From: Octopus vulgaris
Taxonomy: Eukaryota
Length of the DNA: 64,000 nt
Direction of reading: 5' to 3'
Assembly: GCA_951406725.2 (NCBI GenBank)
Contig: OX597835.1
Location: 49,538,001 to 49,602,000, forward strand
This document shows positions 28,301-43,211 of this stretch, one piece after another; position 1 is the stretch's first letter, and each line of letters begins with the position of its first letter. The notes under the pieces are model-generated. The model did no database searches. It was not told where the DNA came from and was given only the letters and a program-made list of their open reading frames with translations. The translations under genes and the position numbers were made by a program.

Positions 28301-28896
28301 TGAAAATGAAAGCTGAGACCCATAGGTAGGAAGGTTTAATAGTTAGTCTGTCAGACAGACAATCAGGCAGGCAGACATTCAAACCGACAGATTGATAAAT
28401 TAGTGGATGTTTAGATGGATGCATGGATGCCTCCCTGCTGCGGAGTTTCATGAATTTAGCGTTATAACAGGGTTTGCACATATATTAAGGACGATGGCTT
28501 GATAAAATTGGAGAAGTGCAGAGAGCTGTATCCATGCGTGACTGTTAACTCGTCTGGGGCTCTTCTTCATGTGTGTGTATGTATGTGTATATCTGTGCGT
28601 GCTCAAATGTGCGCCTGCCTGTGTATCTGTGTGGCTCGTTTATATATTGTCTGAAAACATGTACGTGTATATAAACATACATTTTCGATATACATACGCG
28701 CGCGTTTATAAATATATATGTGTATGTATATATATAATGTATGTATATATGTATATAATTATTGGCATACATATGTAAGTGTCTGTATAGCAATTCTGGT
28801 TTGTACTACAACAATAAATATCAAATTTTCATCATTTTATATACATAACACTGTGTATATATACGTGTATATATGTGTGGGATTTCTTGTGAGTGA

Positions 28897-28934
<38 letters not shown>

Positions 28935-29093
28935 AATATATGTCAATGTTTGACACATATTTTGTTTTAGCATTCCTTAAGCAAGTGTCACACATGTGTG
29001 TGGCTCAAAATATTTCCATACAGCATACATATTTGCAGGACACGCATAGAATATGCAAACTTGAATAATCAAAGAAATATACACATCCACCTT

Positions 29094-29145
<52 letters not shown>

Positions 29146-30079
29146 TACACACACACAAACAAACAAACAAAAACACAGTGAATGTTGTTAAACTCCGTTA
29201 TTTTATCCAACCTAAATGTTTCATGCGACTGATTGGAATGTCACGAGCACGCACAACTGTACAGAAACGGACCAAGAAGGTGCCGTTCAGGTTTATCAGA
29301 GCAACTCGATATTTTATATCACTTACTACTAATGAGGGATACAAAATTGTATCGTTTTCTGTTTTTTTGTTTTTGTTTTTTTCACTATCGATTAAAATTA
29401 CTGTTAGTAATAACATTTTCTAAACAAACTTTAGAAGCGTCGAATCTTGTTTTGTATTTTACAGACAAGAAAGTAATGTTCGGAACGCAGTATAGCCATG
29501 GAAACAGTAGAAATAACCAATCTTTCTGTTGTTTTCATGGCTATGCTGCGTTTGTAAAGTTTAAGATCCAGACAGAGTTCTTCATTGTTGGAGATGAATC
29601 GGTTATATTTCCATCCTATTCATAGTAGTAATCCGTAACCTAGTCCTAAGGTCATCTGCTATTCGTTGTCCGTGTAACATCGATATTCCTCCCTGTGTTT
29701 GTGAAATCTTTTATCCCTTCCAGAATGCTTCATTTCCACGCATGCCAGCTTAATTTAATTCGTCCTTAGTCGAAAGACACCTGTTATTATTTTTATTGCA
29801 TTTGTGTAACGTCCGTTTTTTTTTTCGTTATTGTTTTTGTATACATTCGCTACTTTCCTCCAAGTTTTTCCTTAGGGCTAGCCAGATAGGAGCAATCTCA
29901 AGTATAATCAGCCGAAATTGCGAAGATAATCTGGTACTTGACTGAGGAAAGAAAACTTCGAATGACCCGTCCTAGTTTCCTTGTGTCGTCTACGTGGATG
30001 TTTTGTTGTCCCATTTTTGTATCACCTAACTGTCCGGTTGTTTTGCGTTCTCGTCCCATTTAATATTTTGTGTGTGTGT

Positions 30080-30275
30080 GTTTGTCTCCCCCCAAATTGC
30101 ATAACAATCGATGCTGGTGTGTTTATGTCCCCGTAACTTAGCGGTTCGGCAAAAGAGATCGATAGAATAAGTACTAGGCTTACAAAGAATAAGTTCTGAG
30201 GTCGATTTGCTTGACTGGAGGCGTTGCTCCAGCATAACCGCAATCAAATTACTAAAAGAAGTAAAAGAATAAAGG
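30080..30275 (+). mobile_element. 3' part of another interspersed SINE-like family (C)
   Basis: GTGTTTATGTCCCCGTAACTTAGCGGTTCGGCAAAAG..GCTCCAGCAT..AGTAAAAGAATAAA. Related copies at 53985-54150 and 40530-40620. Confidence 0.65.
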
Positions 30276-30339
30276 AATAACAGAATATATTCACATGTGT
30301 ACACAACGCCCAAAGTATGCTGGAACTTAATATTGGCTT

Positions 30340-30520
30340 CACATTTCGACAAAATGCCTGCAGCTTCGAGGGAGGGTGTAAGTAAATGACATCGGACCCC
30401 ATTACTTAACTGGTACCTATTTTAACGAGCCCGAAAGGATGAAAGGCAAAGTCGACCTCGGACGAAATGCCGCTAAGCATTTTGCTTGGCATGCTAACGA
30501 TTCTGGCTGATCGCTGCCTT
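30340..30520 (-). mobile_element. SINE family A with an internal deletion
   Basis: CGAAAGGATGAAAGGCAAAGTCGACCTCGG joined directly to ACGAAATGCCGCTAAGCAT. Confidence 0.8.
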
Positions 30521-30909
30521 AATAACTCATACATAACACTGAATACTCATAGGCACAATGAGAAACACTTCGATATTTACAAAGAAATCCATACATATGT
30601 ACACACATGTGTACACAGAGACCAGACCAGACCACACTCTACCATCACTACACCGCTACCAATCCACCACCATACCACACATCTTCACCCAGCCGTGGCT
30701 ACTATTCCATGATGTCGTTGCGATCTTCCTTGCGGCAAATAGACCTAAGATATAAATTGTTATTAAGCCTGCAAACTAAATGTCATTATCGTAATGTGTT
30801 TCACTCCATTTTGGATTTGTTGTATGTGTGGAGGAAGGGGAAGTTAGGGGTGGCAGGATGAGCGAGCACGTGTGTGTGTGTGTGGAACTGTGTTTGAGTG
30901 TTTCTTTTT

Positions 30910-30974
<65 letters not shown>

Positions 30975-31192
30975 TTTGCATATGTGTATACGTGTGTTTG
31001 TATGCGCTTATTGTTCACGTGTTATGTGTAGTAACGTTAATGGTATTGTGTGTGTATGTGTGTGTATGTGTGTGAGTACATAAATGCATGCGTGAAAGTG
31101 AGTTTGTTTGTGTGTACAATTTTGGAAGTGTATGTCTGTGTTTATATTGGTTTGTTGTTGACATGCTGTGTGCTGTGTCCTTCATGCCGTTA

Positions 31193-31226
<34 letters not shown>

Positions 31227-31440
31227 AGTGTTTAAATATTGTGTGTGTGTGTGTGTGTGTGTGGTAGGTTGTTCGTATATTGTATTTGTTGATGACGAGA
31301 CACATGATGGTTACTTTACAGCAGATGATGAGAATGAAGATGATGCAGATGAGGATGTTGATTTTTTGTTGTTGTTGCTATAGTGTCTACCTGTGTCTTT
31401 CTGGTTTGTTGTGTTTCTTATTTTTTGCGGTAATTTATAT

Positions 31441-31474
<34 letters not shown>

Positions 31475-31566
31475 ACATATATATATATATATTCATACAT
31501 GCACACACACATATATACATACATATACGGATGGATATATATTTATATATACACATACATATATGG

Positions 31567-31609
<43 letters not shown>

Positions 31610-31966
31610 CATCTCTATTTATCACAAACGCCCCCTCTCCCTCTCCCCGATTCCCCACCCCCAGCCTCCACTTCAACATAATTGCTATTCGGATCCACTT
31701 TCACAACTTACTTTACGCATGTTTATCTGTCCGTCTGTCTGCCTGTCTATCTCAGTTTTTTCTCTTACTATCCCTCTTGCATTTCTTTCCTCTTTTCTCT
31801 TCATTTTGCTTTGTCTCTCTTTCACTTTCTCTCTCACTCTCTCCCTCCTTCTCTCTGTTTATCTATGTCTTTCTTTGTTGCTCAATTTTTTCACTCTCTT
31901 TTCCTAATTTTCTTCACCCTCTCTATCTCTATCATTAGCCATGTCACCACCACTCTCAATAACATT

Positions 31967-32029
<63 letters not shown>

Positions 32030-33626
32030 TCTTCCTCTCCCTCCCTCCCATCCTCCCTCCCTCTCTCCCTCTCCCTCTCGCTGTTTCCCACCCCGCTTTC
32101 CTCCTTTTTAACTCGATTCCCAATCTTTTAAACTCAATTGTCTCCTTCCATAAATATTTTCCTCTCACCTCCCTCTCTTCTTTCATATTCTCTCTCCCAC
32201 CACCACTACTCTCTACCCTCTTTAAACTCCATTATCTCTTTCCTCCCAACCCCAACATCCCAACACTTTTCTCTCCTCCAACAATATATATATATATATG
32301 TATATTTATATACATATATAATATAAATCCATACACATTCATAAACACACTCACACACACACAAATACAAGCAAATGAGTATATATATATATATATATAT
32401 ATATTATACATATTTCCTTTCCTTCGTTTATTTTTGTGTTCTACAATTTTTTATCATCAACATCATCATCATCACTAGCAACATTCTTATATTTCTTCCA
32501 CCTCTTATCTCCACGTTTCCCTTTTACTTTTAAACATTAACACCACTGCTATCAAACCATCATAATCACCACCACCACCACCACCTCCACCGCCAATAAC
32601 AGCAGCATGATCATCGCCCCCACCGCCATCACCCTTACATCATCCATTAACACCACCGAGACCAACATCAACAATATCAACACCATCAACAACTCCATCC
32701 AGTTTCACCCCACCCTCCACCCCCATCAGCATTACTTTTAAAGAAAACACCTCTTCCCATTACTCCCCACCAATGCTCCCCCACGCCCCCCACCCCTTAC
32801 TGCACTCTCGAACTCTTGTCTGTCAATATACAATTTAGTTGGTCGCTTATTAAATTTATACGGCTTTCCAGTTGGCTGATGAGCGTGCATGCTTGGCCTG
32901 TTCTTGAAACGATCTGTATTACGCAGTAAACAGTTTTTGAAAACAAAATTAAAACACTCAAGCGACTTACCTTTTTAGAACAACAAGGAAAGAAAGGAGA
33001 GAAAGAGGCAACGTGCATAGATGCGTATATGTATGTGTGTGTGTGTATGGGTATGTGTTTATATGGATGAACTTGTATATATATATATATATATATATAT
33101 ACATGCATATGTATGCGTGGTAAGTGCTTATGTCTTTGAAAGTATTACTTGAACACATTTTTTCTACCTCTCATATTTATACACACATTATGTATGTATG
33201 TGTGTGTCTGAGTACAAATGTAAGCATATGTGCTTCAACACACATATACGTTGACGATAAACTATTAACAAAAAGTATTAGCTTCATATCAAACTTTGTT
33301 TGCCTCGCTTCTAAGTCGTCCTGTGCCAATGGCCAAGTACGCGAAACGGGACAGGGGCATCATCAAGAAGGGGCAGTAACGATACGGCGGCTCACAAACA
33401 CATATTCCATAACCAAGAAACTTAATTCATCAGTTGCTAATTGGATGTCATAGTGATTTCAACTTGTGTCCATGTTTACATACAAAGTGAGACGGAACGA
33501 GAGAGATGGAGAGAAAGAGAGAGACAAACAGACAGAGACTCAATGCAGATACGATCCGTTCAACTCACTTCCCACAAATTGTTCATCTTGTACTCCAGCG
33601 AGAAATTATCATTATTATCATTATTA

Positions 33627-33772
<146 letters not shown>

Positions 33773-33787
33773 TGTAGCATCATCATC

Positions 33788-34170
33788 AAGGCAGTGCGCT
33801 GGCAGAACGATGATCACGCCGGACAAAATGCCTAGAGACATTTCGTCCGCCATTACGTTCTGAGTTCAAATGCCGCCGAGATTAAATTTGTCGATGAAAT
33901 AAGAACCAGTTGAGTATTGGGGTTGATGTAATCGACTCTCCTTTCCCTAAACTTTCAGCCCTTGAGCCTAGACGCTGTTGTTAAGGTGGTGTGTTAGCAG
34001 ATTCATTAGACCGCTGCAGAAAACACTCGCCAACTTCCCTGCTCTCTACGTTCTGTCAAGGTCAGCTGAGTCTTTTATCCTTTCCTGTCGATAAAATAAA
34101 GTTACAGTTCTTGTGTCGATGGAATCGGCTGAGATTCCCTCTCGAAATTTGCTGCAGTTGAAACTATCAT
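33788..34170 (+). mobile_element. Two tandem SINE family A copies
   Basis: CTGGCAGAAC..TACGTTCTGAGTTCAAATGCCGCCGAG, then a second degenerate head and body. Confidence 0.72.
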
Positions 34171-34315
34171 CAGTATTCATGTTGTTCTTCTTCTTTCTGT
34201 TAAAATGTTAAGTTGTTAGAATCTTTGTAAACACAGTAGTTACTCCGGCAGTTGACTTTCTGACTTCAGGTCCCACCGAGGTTTAATGACTGAAGCATGA
34301 GAAAGATGAAAGTTA

Positions 34316-34450
<135 letters not shown>

Positions 34451-34473
34451 TTATCTATCTTTCTATCTATCTT

Positions 34474-34530
<57 letters not shown>

Positions 34531-34533
34531 CTA

Positions 34534-34603
<70 letters not shown>

Positions 34604-34783
34604 TATATATATATAGGTACAAGCAATTAAGATTCAAGTGAGTTCTGTTGAATTCACATGAATATGGTACTTAACTTGGATGCACCAGAAATCTATATGG
34701 TGTTAACCATACGACAATGCGGAGTGATAATAAATAGGAAAAAAGCAACAAGAATGGATCAATATTTCGGTACAATTGTTTCG

Positions 34784-34866
<83 letters not shown>

Positions 34867-35292
34867 AGATATGTTTTCATTGAGCATAAAAGTTACAGCA
34901 TACTTACTAGAGAGTATATAACTCCTTAACTCGACAGCTGTTTCAGGAAGTTCGTAGTTACGTAATAATTGTCGTGTTCATAATTTCCCGATGGAATGAG
35001 CAGAATTTCTTGTGTATGCAACCAGTAAACATCACCCAGGGACATTACAATAAGCGCAGTACATTTCATGAAGAGGAAATTGGCAAAACCACATGTGAGG
35101 TGGAGTTGTAGGCAAAGAGAGAAATGCAGCGGTATATACATATATCGACCACTTGATGTCAGCACAATGAGCTAATGAAACAGTCGCCATTTTTATCATA
35201 GCCCCGCTGCTTTCTGTGACGAAATGTGCCTACTTACATAATTGCTTCTATAAATAAATATGGACCGAAATAAACTCTGTCTGTGTCAGCCC

Positions 35293-35346
<54 letters not shown>

Positions 35347-35411
35347 CTGTCTCTCAGAGACTAGGTACTGGAATATCCAAATGCACTTAAATGCTTACAT
35401 ATGAATATATA

Positions 35412-35469
<58 letters not shown>

Positions 35470-35852
35470 TTATGTGTATATGCATCTATTGTATATGGTA
35501 GTGTTTGTGTGTATTATAAATATATATCTAATATATATACTACATATAGTACATGCACACATTCACACACACGTGAATACATACATGCATACATACATAC
35601 ATACATACATACATACATACATACATACATACACACATACATACATACATACATACATACATACATACATACATACATACATACATACAGAGAGTCATTA
35701 AGAAATTTTAAATTTCATAGACAAATAGGTTAGTGAAAACTCAGTCCGGCTTTAACTTAGATTTCGATTAATACACAATATATTTATATGAATTATTTAT
35801 CCGTTTTTTTTTTAGCTCCAGATCTACATAGTCATCTGTATGTCTGTATAAA

Positions 35853-35903
<51 letters not shown>

Positions 35904-36423
35904 ATCACTACTCTCTCTGCTCATGGGTAATTCTCTTTTTGCACTGCATCTGTGAGTATGTGTGTTTGTGAGGATGTGTGTCCATATATACACACAGATA
36001 TATACATACAGTATAATATATTATATATATATATATACGCATATATATGATAAATAAATGTATATACGCATATATATTATAAATAAATATATATACATAT
36101 ATGTATAGTATAATATATGTATACGTATATATATTATAAATATATATAAATATATATATTATATATACATTTATATGGTTATATGTGCCTTAATATATAT
36201 ACACATATATATGTTTATATGTGCACATATATATATATAATATATATACAATATATATTCATATATATGTATATATGTGCATATATATATATATATATAT
36301 ACTCAATATATATATATATATATAAACAATATATATACGTATATATGTATATATGTGCATATATATATTTATGTATGTATATATGTGCATATATGTGTGT
36401 GTATACAAATATGTGATGCTATA

Positions 36424-36461
<38 letters not shown>

Positions 36462-36720
36462 TCTCTCTCTCTCTCTATTATAGCGCACGCTCCGATGTAC
36501 GTACAAAATGGCCGACTAATCTTCTTAATTTACAGCGATTTTAAGTAATCGTCCTTTGACTTGCAGCCCAGATATTGACTTGTGCCGCCGCTATGTTTCT
36601 CAGTGCTAGTACGCTTCGGCGTTCATACACACGCACAAGCACGTCTATATGGGTGTGTCTAACTATATGTATGCGTGTGTATGAATTATCTAATTTTATT
36701 TATATATATATATTTATATA

Positions 36721-36772
<52 letters not shown>

Positions 36773-36837
36773 AAAAATATATATATAGTCATATATAGCG
36801 TATAATATATAGATACATTCAAATACACACACATCAC

Positions 36838-36883
<46 letters not shown>

Positions 36884-36896
36884 TAGATAGATAGAT

Positions 36897-36969
<73 letters not shown>

Positions 36970-37136
36970 GGATGGATAGACAGACAGACAGAGAGACAGA
37001 CACATACATACATAAATAGGTACCTGCATAAATACATATATTCTATACACATTTGTACAAAGACATATATATATAAAAACATACATATACACACGTACAT
37101 ATACATAGATAGACATTTGCATATATACATATATAT

Positions 37137-37193
<57 letters not shown>

Positions 37194-37206
37194 GTATACA
37201 TATATT

Positions 37207-37321
<115 letters not shown>

Positions 37322-38105
37322 GCCTTTCAACAAGGCTATATGCATACACATAAACATATGTATGTACACGTGTGTCTGTGTAGTATCGCGTACTGACGTA
37401 TATCCGGCAAATGTCGGGGCTTGCAGTATCAAGTTAAATAATTAGTAATAAAGACAATTAAGTAATTTTGCGCTAATGAGTGACAGGTAGACATGTTTAG
37501 CCCGGCACCGTGATATGTGTTAGTGTTTGAATGAATGCCTTTTTCCCGTTAATTATTGTCCGTGTGTGCCTGTGCTTTGTGTTTTATTAATGTTTTGTGT
37601 CTTCTGGCGTTGGTCTCTTGTGTATTTCATTCCCAGAGTGGCTTCCGAGTACATATAGAGCGGATCGTCTGTGCGGCGGATATGCATGTGCGTACATCTG
37701 TGTGCATGCAACGATAGTTGCATATATATATGTTTATGTATGTTCATATATATATATATATATATATATATCTACATGCACGTACGTATATATATATATA
37801 GACACATTCTCATATGCTCATAAATGCAGTGTAAAAACGAATTAGCCATAAGAAGAGAGAGGAGTGTTGTAGTGAGGTGTGTGTGTGTGTGTGTGTATTA
37901 CATATATAAATGTATTTAATATGTGTATGAATATATGTGTGCGTATGTTTTTATACATGTACGTATTTACACATATATTAAGTGAAATAATATATATATA
38001 TATATGTGTGTGTATATGTATACATGCAAACATGTAGATGTTCATATATTACGTATACGTGATGTAAAAATTTTGACATATCCTGATAGCATATTGATAT
38101 ATATG

Positions 38106-38149
<44 letters not shown>

Positions 38150-38244
38150 CGCGTGTGTGTATGTATATACACTCGTATACACAGAAAAGTGGAGAGAGGC
38201 CAACAAGCAGACAGGGGGTTAGACAGACAGACAGACAGACAGAC

Positions 38245-38337
<93 letters not shown>

Positions 38338-38548
38338 TATCATCTCCAACCGTTAACTGCTTTTCTTCCCAACTGATTGATTTACTTTACACCATGATCG
38401 ATCCGTCGAATTATTGATTGATTTGTGCTTGATTGATTGACAATAATAAAAAGACAATGACAACACGTGTAAAATAATATGGCCGACAAAATATCCGTCA
38501 GTTTAAAAGTCGGGTATCAAGATATAGATCAAAATATACATTTGAATA

Positions 38549-38587
<39 letters not shown>

Positions 38588-39128
38588 GTATGTATGTGTC
38601 TGTGCGTACAAGTATGTTCGTCTGCGCGTGCGCCTTCGTACGTGTGTCTACTTTTATTATACAACATTTTCATAGAAAGACAAAACTGGTTAACCAATCA
38701 ACAATAGTAAATATATAAACAAAACAGAGAAACAAAAGCAGAATATTCGTGTGTGTGTGTGTGTGTGTGTGTGTGTAGTGGAGATAAACTTATGCTTTTC
38801 CAGTGGACGCAACAATGTCGAATTTACAAAGCATCAGTTGTGATCTTTCGTTATTAATCTCCATCATTTACGATTCCCGTTGCTCTTCTTCATTCTAACA
38901 TTTATGTATTTTTTGCATCATTATTACTCTTAGATAGATACTTGCCCCCTCCCCCCAAAATTGCTGGCCTCGTACCAATATTAAAATGTATCATTCTCCA
39001 ACTCCTCCACTTCCTCTTCTTCTTTTTCTTCTTCTTCTTCTCCTTCTTCTCCTTCTTCTCCTTCTTCTTCTTCTTCCCATTATTATTATTATTGTTGTTA
39101 TTATTGTTACTGTTATTATTATTGTTAC

Positions 39129-39177
<49 letters not shown>

Positions 39178-39379
39178 GAAGGTGGCCGTCTGGCAGAGTC
39201 TTTAGCACGCAAGACAATATGTTTGGTGCCTTTTCGTCCGTCTTTAGGTTTTCAGTTCAAATTCCACTGACGTTGAATTTGTGTTTCATCTTTTTAGGAT
39301 CGATAAAATAAATAACAATTAAACCCTGGGGTCGATGTAATCAACTTACCCCTCCTGAAAATTGTATCAAAATTTAGAA

Positions 39380-39429
<50 letters not shown>

Positions 39430-39625
39430 GTGGTGGTGATGGCGAAATGTCAGAATCGTTAGGGCACGTGTGGGGTGGGGGGAATGTCTAGCTGCATTCA
39501 AATGTTACCGCGGTTGACGTTACCTTTCATCTCTTCTGGGTCGATAAAATATGCAGCAGGTGAGGGAAGTGGTGTCGACATAAGCGACTAATCCCCTCCC
39601 TCAGGAATTGCGCGCCTTGTGACCT
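39178..39625 (+). mobile_element. Two tandem SINE family A copies separated by (ATT)n
   Basis: CAGTTCAAATTCC..GATCGATAAAAT and CCTTTCATCTCTTCTGGGTCGATAAAAT. Confidence 0.75.
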
Positions 39626-40203
39626 TATTATCATAATCATCATATATATCTAATATGCTGCCTGAACTTATCTTTAGTCCTGGTTGCGGTGAACGTTGTT
39701 CGTCTCTAAGGACAACCAACCCTTATCCCAGAAACTGCATGTTATACTTGACTATGTTCGTCTTGCTGTTAGTAATGTCTCTCAATGGTGCGTTGCCTCG
39801 ACATCTGCAAAAAGCCAGGTCAATCACATCTTTACGCTAAAAACACACACAATATTACCAGAGCAGGTTTGCTCATCCAATGAAACAACATCATTGACAA
39901 ATTTCCAATCAAGCCGCCATGTTTCTCAACAACTTGGACACAGCATACTTTATCGTTGAACGTCGACATTTTGCCGCCATTTTGATTTGCTGTTATTTTC
40001 GTTTGTTTTTTGGGGCTTTTTTGGTTCTTAGTTTTTGGTTTGTTTATTCGTTTTTTTTCTTCTCATTTTACTAATCTTGTCAGATCTATCCTACTGACGT
40101 GTCTTTGTACCTCTCTATGTGGGTGTGTATGCATATAGGCATGTATGTATGATTTTAAACACACATATTTCTGGATTACTAATGAATCGTGTTACAATTT
40201 TTA

Positions 40204-40244
<41 letters not shown>

Positions 40245-40879
40245 AGCCACGAATGTGCGGCCGAGAACTTAACTACAAATATGCACGTTCTCCTAGGTTC
40301 GATACCACGATGCGAGTGTCTTCAAATATGACTTCCGGTTGTACAAAGTCAGGTTCTATGCAGATCTTTTCCCTTCCCACCCCACTCCACCTTCCTCTCA
40401 CTTCCCCCCTTCTCGCCCCCCCCCCGCTTCCCTGTGTCTTTGTGTTTACGTTTATGTCCATGTTTATGCTGGGTTCCATATTTCGATAAATAAATTTCAA
40501 TAAAACAAGCATCAAATAATTTTTAAAATAAGTATTCGGATTGTCCTAGGGTCAACTGAAACCCCTTGAAGAGGATGCTCCAGAAGGCCGCTGCTCGATG
40601 ATAGAAACATAAAAGAATGAAAAGCCTATGCACATATGTGTATAGAGATAAACATATATATAAACCGATCTCTCCCCCCCTCTCCCTACATATATGTGTG
40701 TGTTTTCATGTTTACATGTACATACATATATATATATACCCATATATACACACAATCTGTTTAATTATTCCGCATACCTCTGAACGATTTGATTAAACGT
40801 GTTCATGCGAGATTGTTATACTATTTATGTATATTTCGTTTTTTCCTTTCCTTGTACTTATATCTGTGTTTATATGAAA

Positions 40880-40917
<38 letters not shown>

Positions 40918-41334
40918 AAGGAGAGCGAGGGGAGATGAGGAAAGAGAATGTTAAGTGATTTGTTACCAAGTCGCTTCGCGTAGTAACAAATCGTTTGTTC
41001 TCCCTCACAACAAAAGCAACGAGATCTTTCCGCCGTAACTTCCGTTAACACTAATATCATTTCCTTTTTTCAAATTACCGCGTTTCCCCTCCTCCTCCTT
41101 GTGCTCTCCCTCCCTCTCCCCCCTCTCTCTCTCTCATTTGTATCACTTTGCAGCTTCTCCTTTATTACTTTAATTCCGCCATGTTTTGTTTTCGTTTTTT
41201 TTCCCTTTTTCTCATGTTTTGCCTTCCTAATCATTTCCTTCCTCTTACGCCTTTCTTTCCCCTCCTCCTACTCCTCGCACTTCCGCTTTGCATAACTTTA
41301 TATCTCTCTTGCTTACGCTAGTTTCACTATGGCA

Positions 41335-41365
<31 letters not shown>

Positions 41366-41383
41366 ACTCTGTTTCTTTCATAT

Positions 41384-41439
<56 letters not shown>

Positions 41440-41716
41440 AGGAGGAGAGAGAGATATACTAGATCAACTCCCTCTCTTTCTCTTCTCTCTTTCATTCCTG
41501 CTATCTCTTCGACTCTTTCACCCTTTTCCCCCCACCTTCTCTTTGTTTTCGTCTTCTTTTCTTCCTTCTTCTCAATTCTTTTCATTCCTCCATGCTGGCT
41601 GCCATATTGTCGTGTCGTATCGAACTCGTGCAAAAACAAGCACAAACATAATCATAATACACTAACACACACACGCAATCATAAACACGCATACTCATGC
41701 ACACATTCATGTGTGT

Positions 41717-41752
<36 letters not shown>

Positions 41753-42145
41753 GCATACATGCTTAAATATACATGTACACACCCAACGCTTGATGCATGT
41801 CTACATAATTGGACAAATACAAATTCACAAAAACGTACAAAAGTAATTATGTAATACTTGTATATGCTTGTACACACACACACATACACACACACATACA
41901 CACATACACACACACATACACACACACACACATACACACACACATACACATACATACACACATACACACATGCACACATCGCTAGTCATGAAATCCAATA
42001 CATCATATTACATACACTCGGTCCCAAAAACTATACGCGAAGCCACGTAACCCAAATAAACACCCAGCTCCACGTATGTATAACACAACATACATTCCAA
42101 TACATTTACACTTCATGCATAAAGATACAACATACGCATGCGCGA

Positions 42146-42217
42146 ATTCATGCCTTGCTGTCCTTACACACACGTACGTATGTATATGTACGTGTGTGTA
42201 AGGACAGCAAGGCATGA

Positions 42218-42219
<2 letters not shown>
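42146..42219. other. Perfect 32-bp inverted repeat with 10-nt spacer
   Basis: ATTCATGCCTTGCTGTCCTTACACACACGTAC (42146-42177) is the exact reverse complement of 42188-42219. Confidence 0.95.
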
Positions 42220-42249
<30 letters not shown>

Positions 42250-42665
42250 ATGTATGTGTTGATATATATATATATATCTTTGCAAGGAGCGGACGACTGA
42301 ATCTCGTTCGTATCCCATTGTAGTGTCTTAGAAAAGAGAGCGTTGGCAAATGGAGAAGTGGATTGCCTGGACACAGGTAGAGGAAGGGATGGTCACATTT
42401 GGAATGCCTCGATCGACAACCAGCATCACTAACAACCGAGACTATCTCCAGCAACGACAGCAACAACAACATATAGACATTGCCTCATACTAATTGAACT
42501 GACGTAATACTTTACTACTATTCAACCACATATACACACACGCACAAATGTACTTGCACACATACATATACATACACACATACTTACACATATTGCATAT
42601 TATTTCTATCACTCACTCTTACACACTCCTTCACACAACCCAAATATATCAACATACACACACTA

Positions 42666-42701
<36 letters not shown>

Positions 42702-43157
42702 AAGATGCATACGCACTTATATATGCACATGTAAATATACATCTATACACATAAACACACACATATGCAGACAAATATATATAAATACATACGGGTACAG
42801 AGGGACCTACATACACATACACACACATCCATGCACATGCACATATATATATGTACATACATACATATGTATACCATTTACATATATGTGTGTACACACG
42901 CACACACACATACATACACGCGCACAAATAGACACATATACAGAAATGCAGAAAGTGTATAGAAGACGTGGTAGTGGTATCTGTAAAGCCATAGATTAAT
43001 CACATACGAATGAAAATTGCTTTGCAATGCCGGTCGCCATTGGTTTGGTGTTGAGCTAAACTTCAAAAGCCGCCATTTGTAGAGCGACGGCAGAGAGAAA
43101 CGACTCCCAAGAGAGACAGCATCAAAGACTGCACTGTCGTCAACACACGCCTCATAC

Positions 43158-43211
43158 CTCGGAGATACATGTGCCAATCGTTGTCGAAAATGCCTTGACC
43201 TCCACGTACTG
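43158..43211 (-). CDS. Possible 54-nt exon (AVRGGQGIFDNDWHMYLR), product unknown
   Basis: TTGCAG|CAG acceptor, GAG|GTATGA donor, length divisible by 3. Weak polypyrimidine tract and no recognised homology. Confidence 0.2.

Noticed and set aside
32872-32922. CTGATGA...GAAAC-gatct-GTA hammerhead-like spacing
   Set aside because: No proper stem II, and only wobble pairs for stem I.
40296-40340. Isolated perfect B box GGTTCGATACC plus ACTTCCGG
   Set aside because: Flanks (GAGTGTCTTC..TAT) match a decayed family D SINE head.
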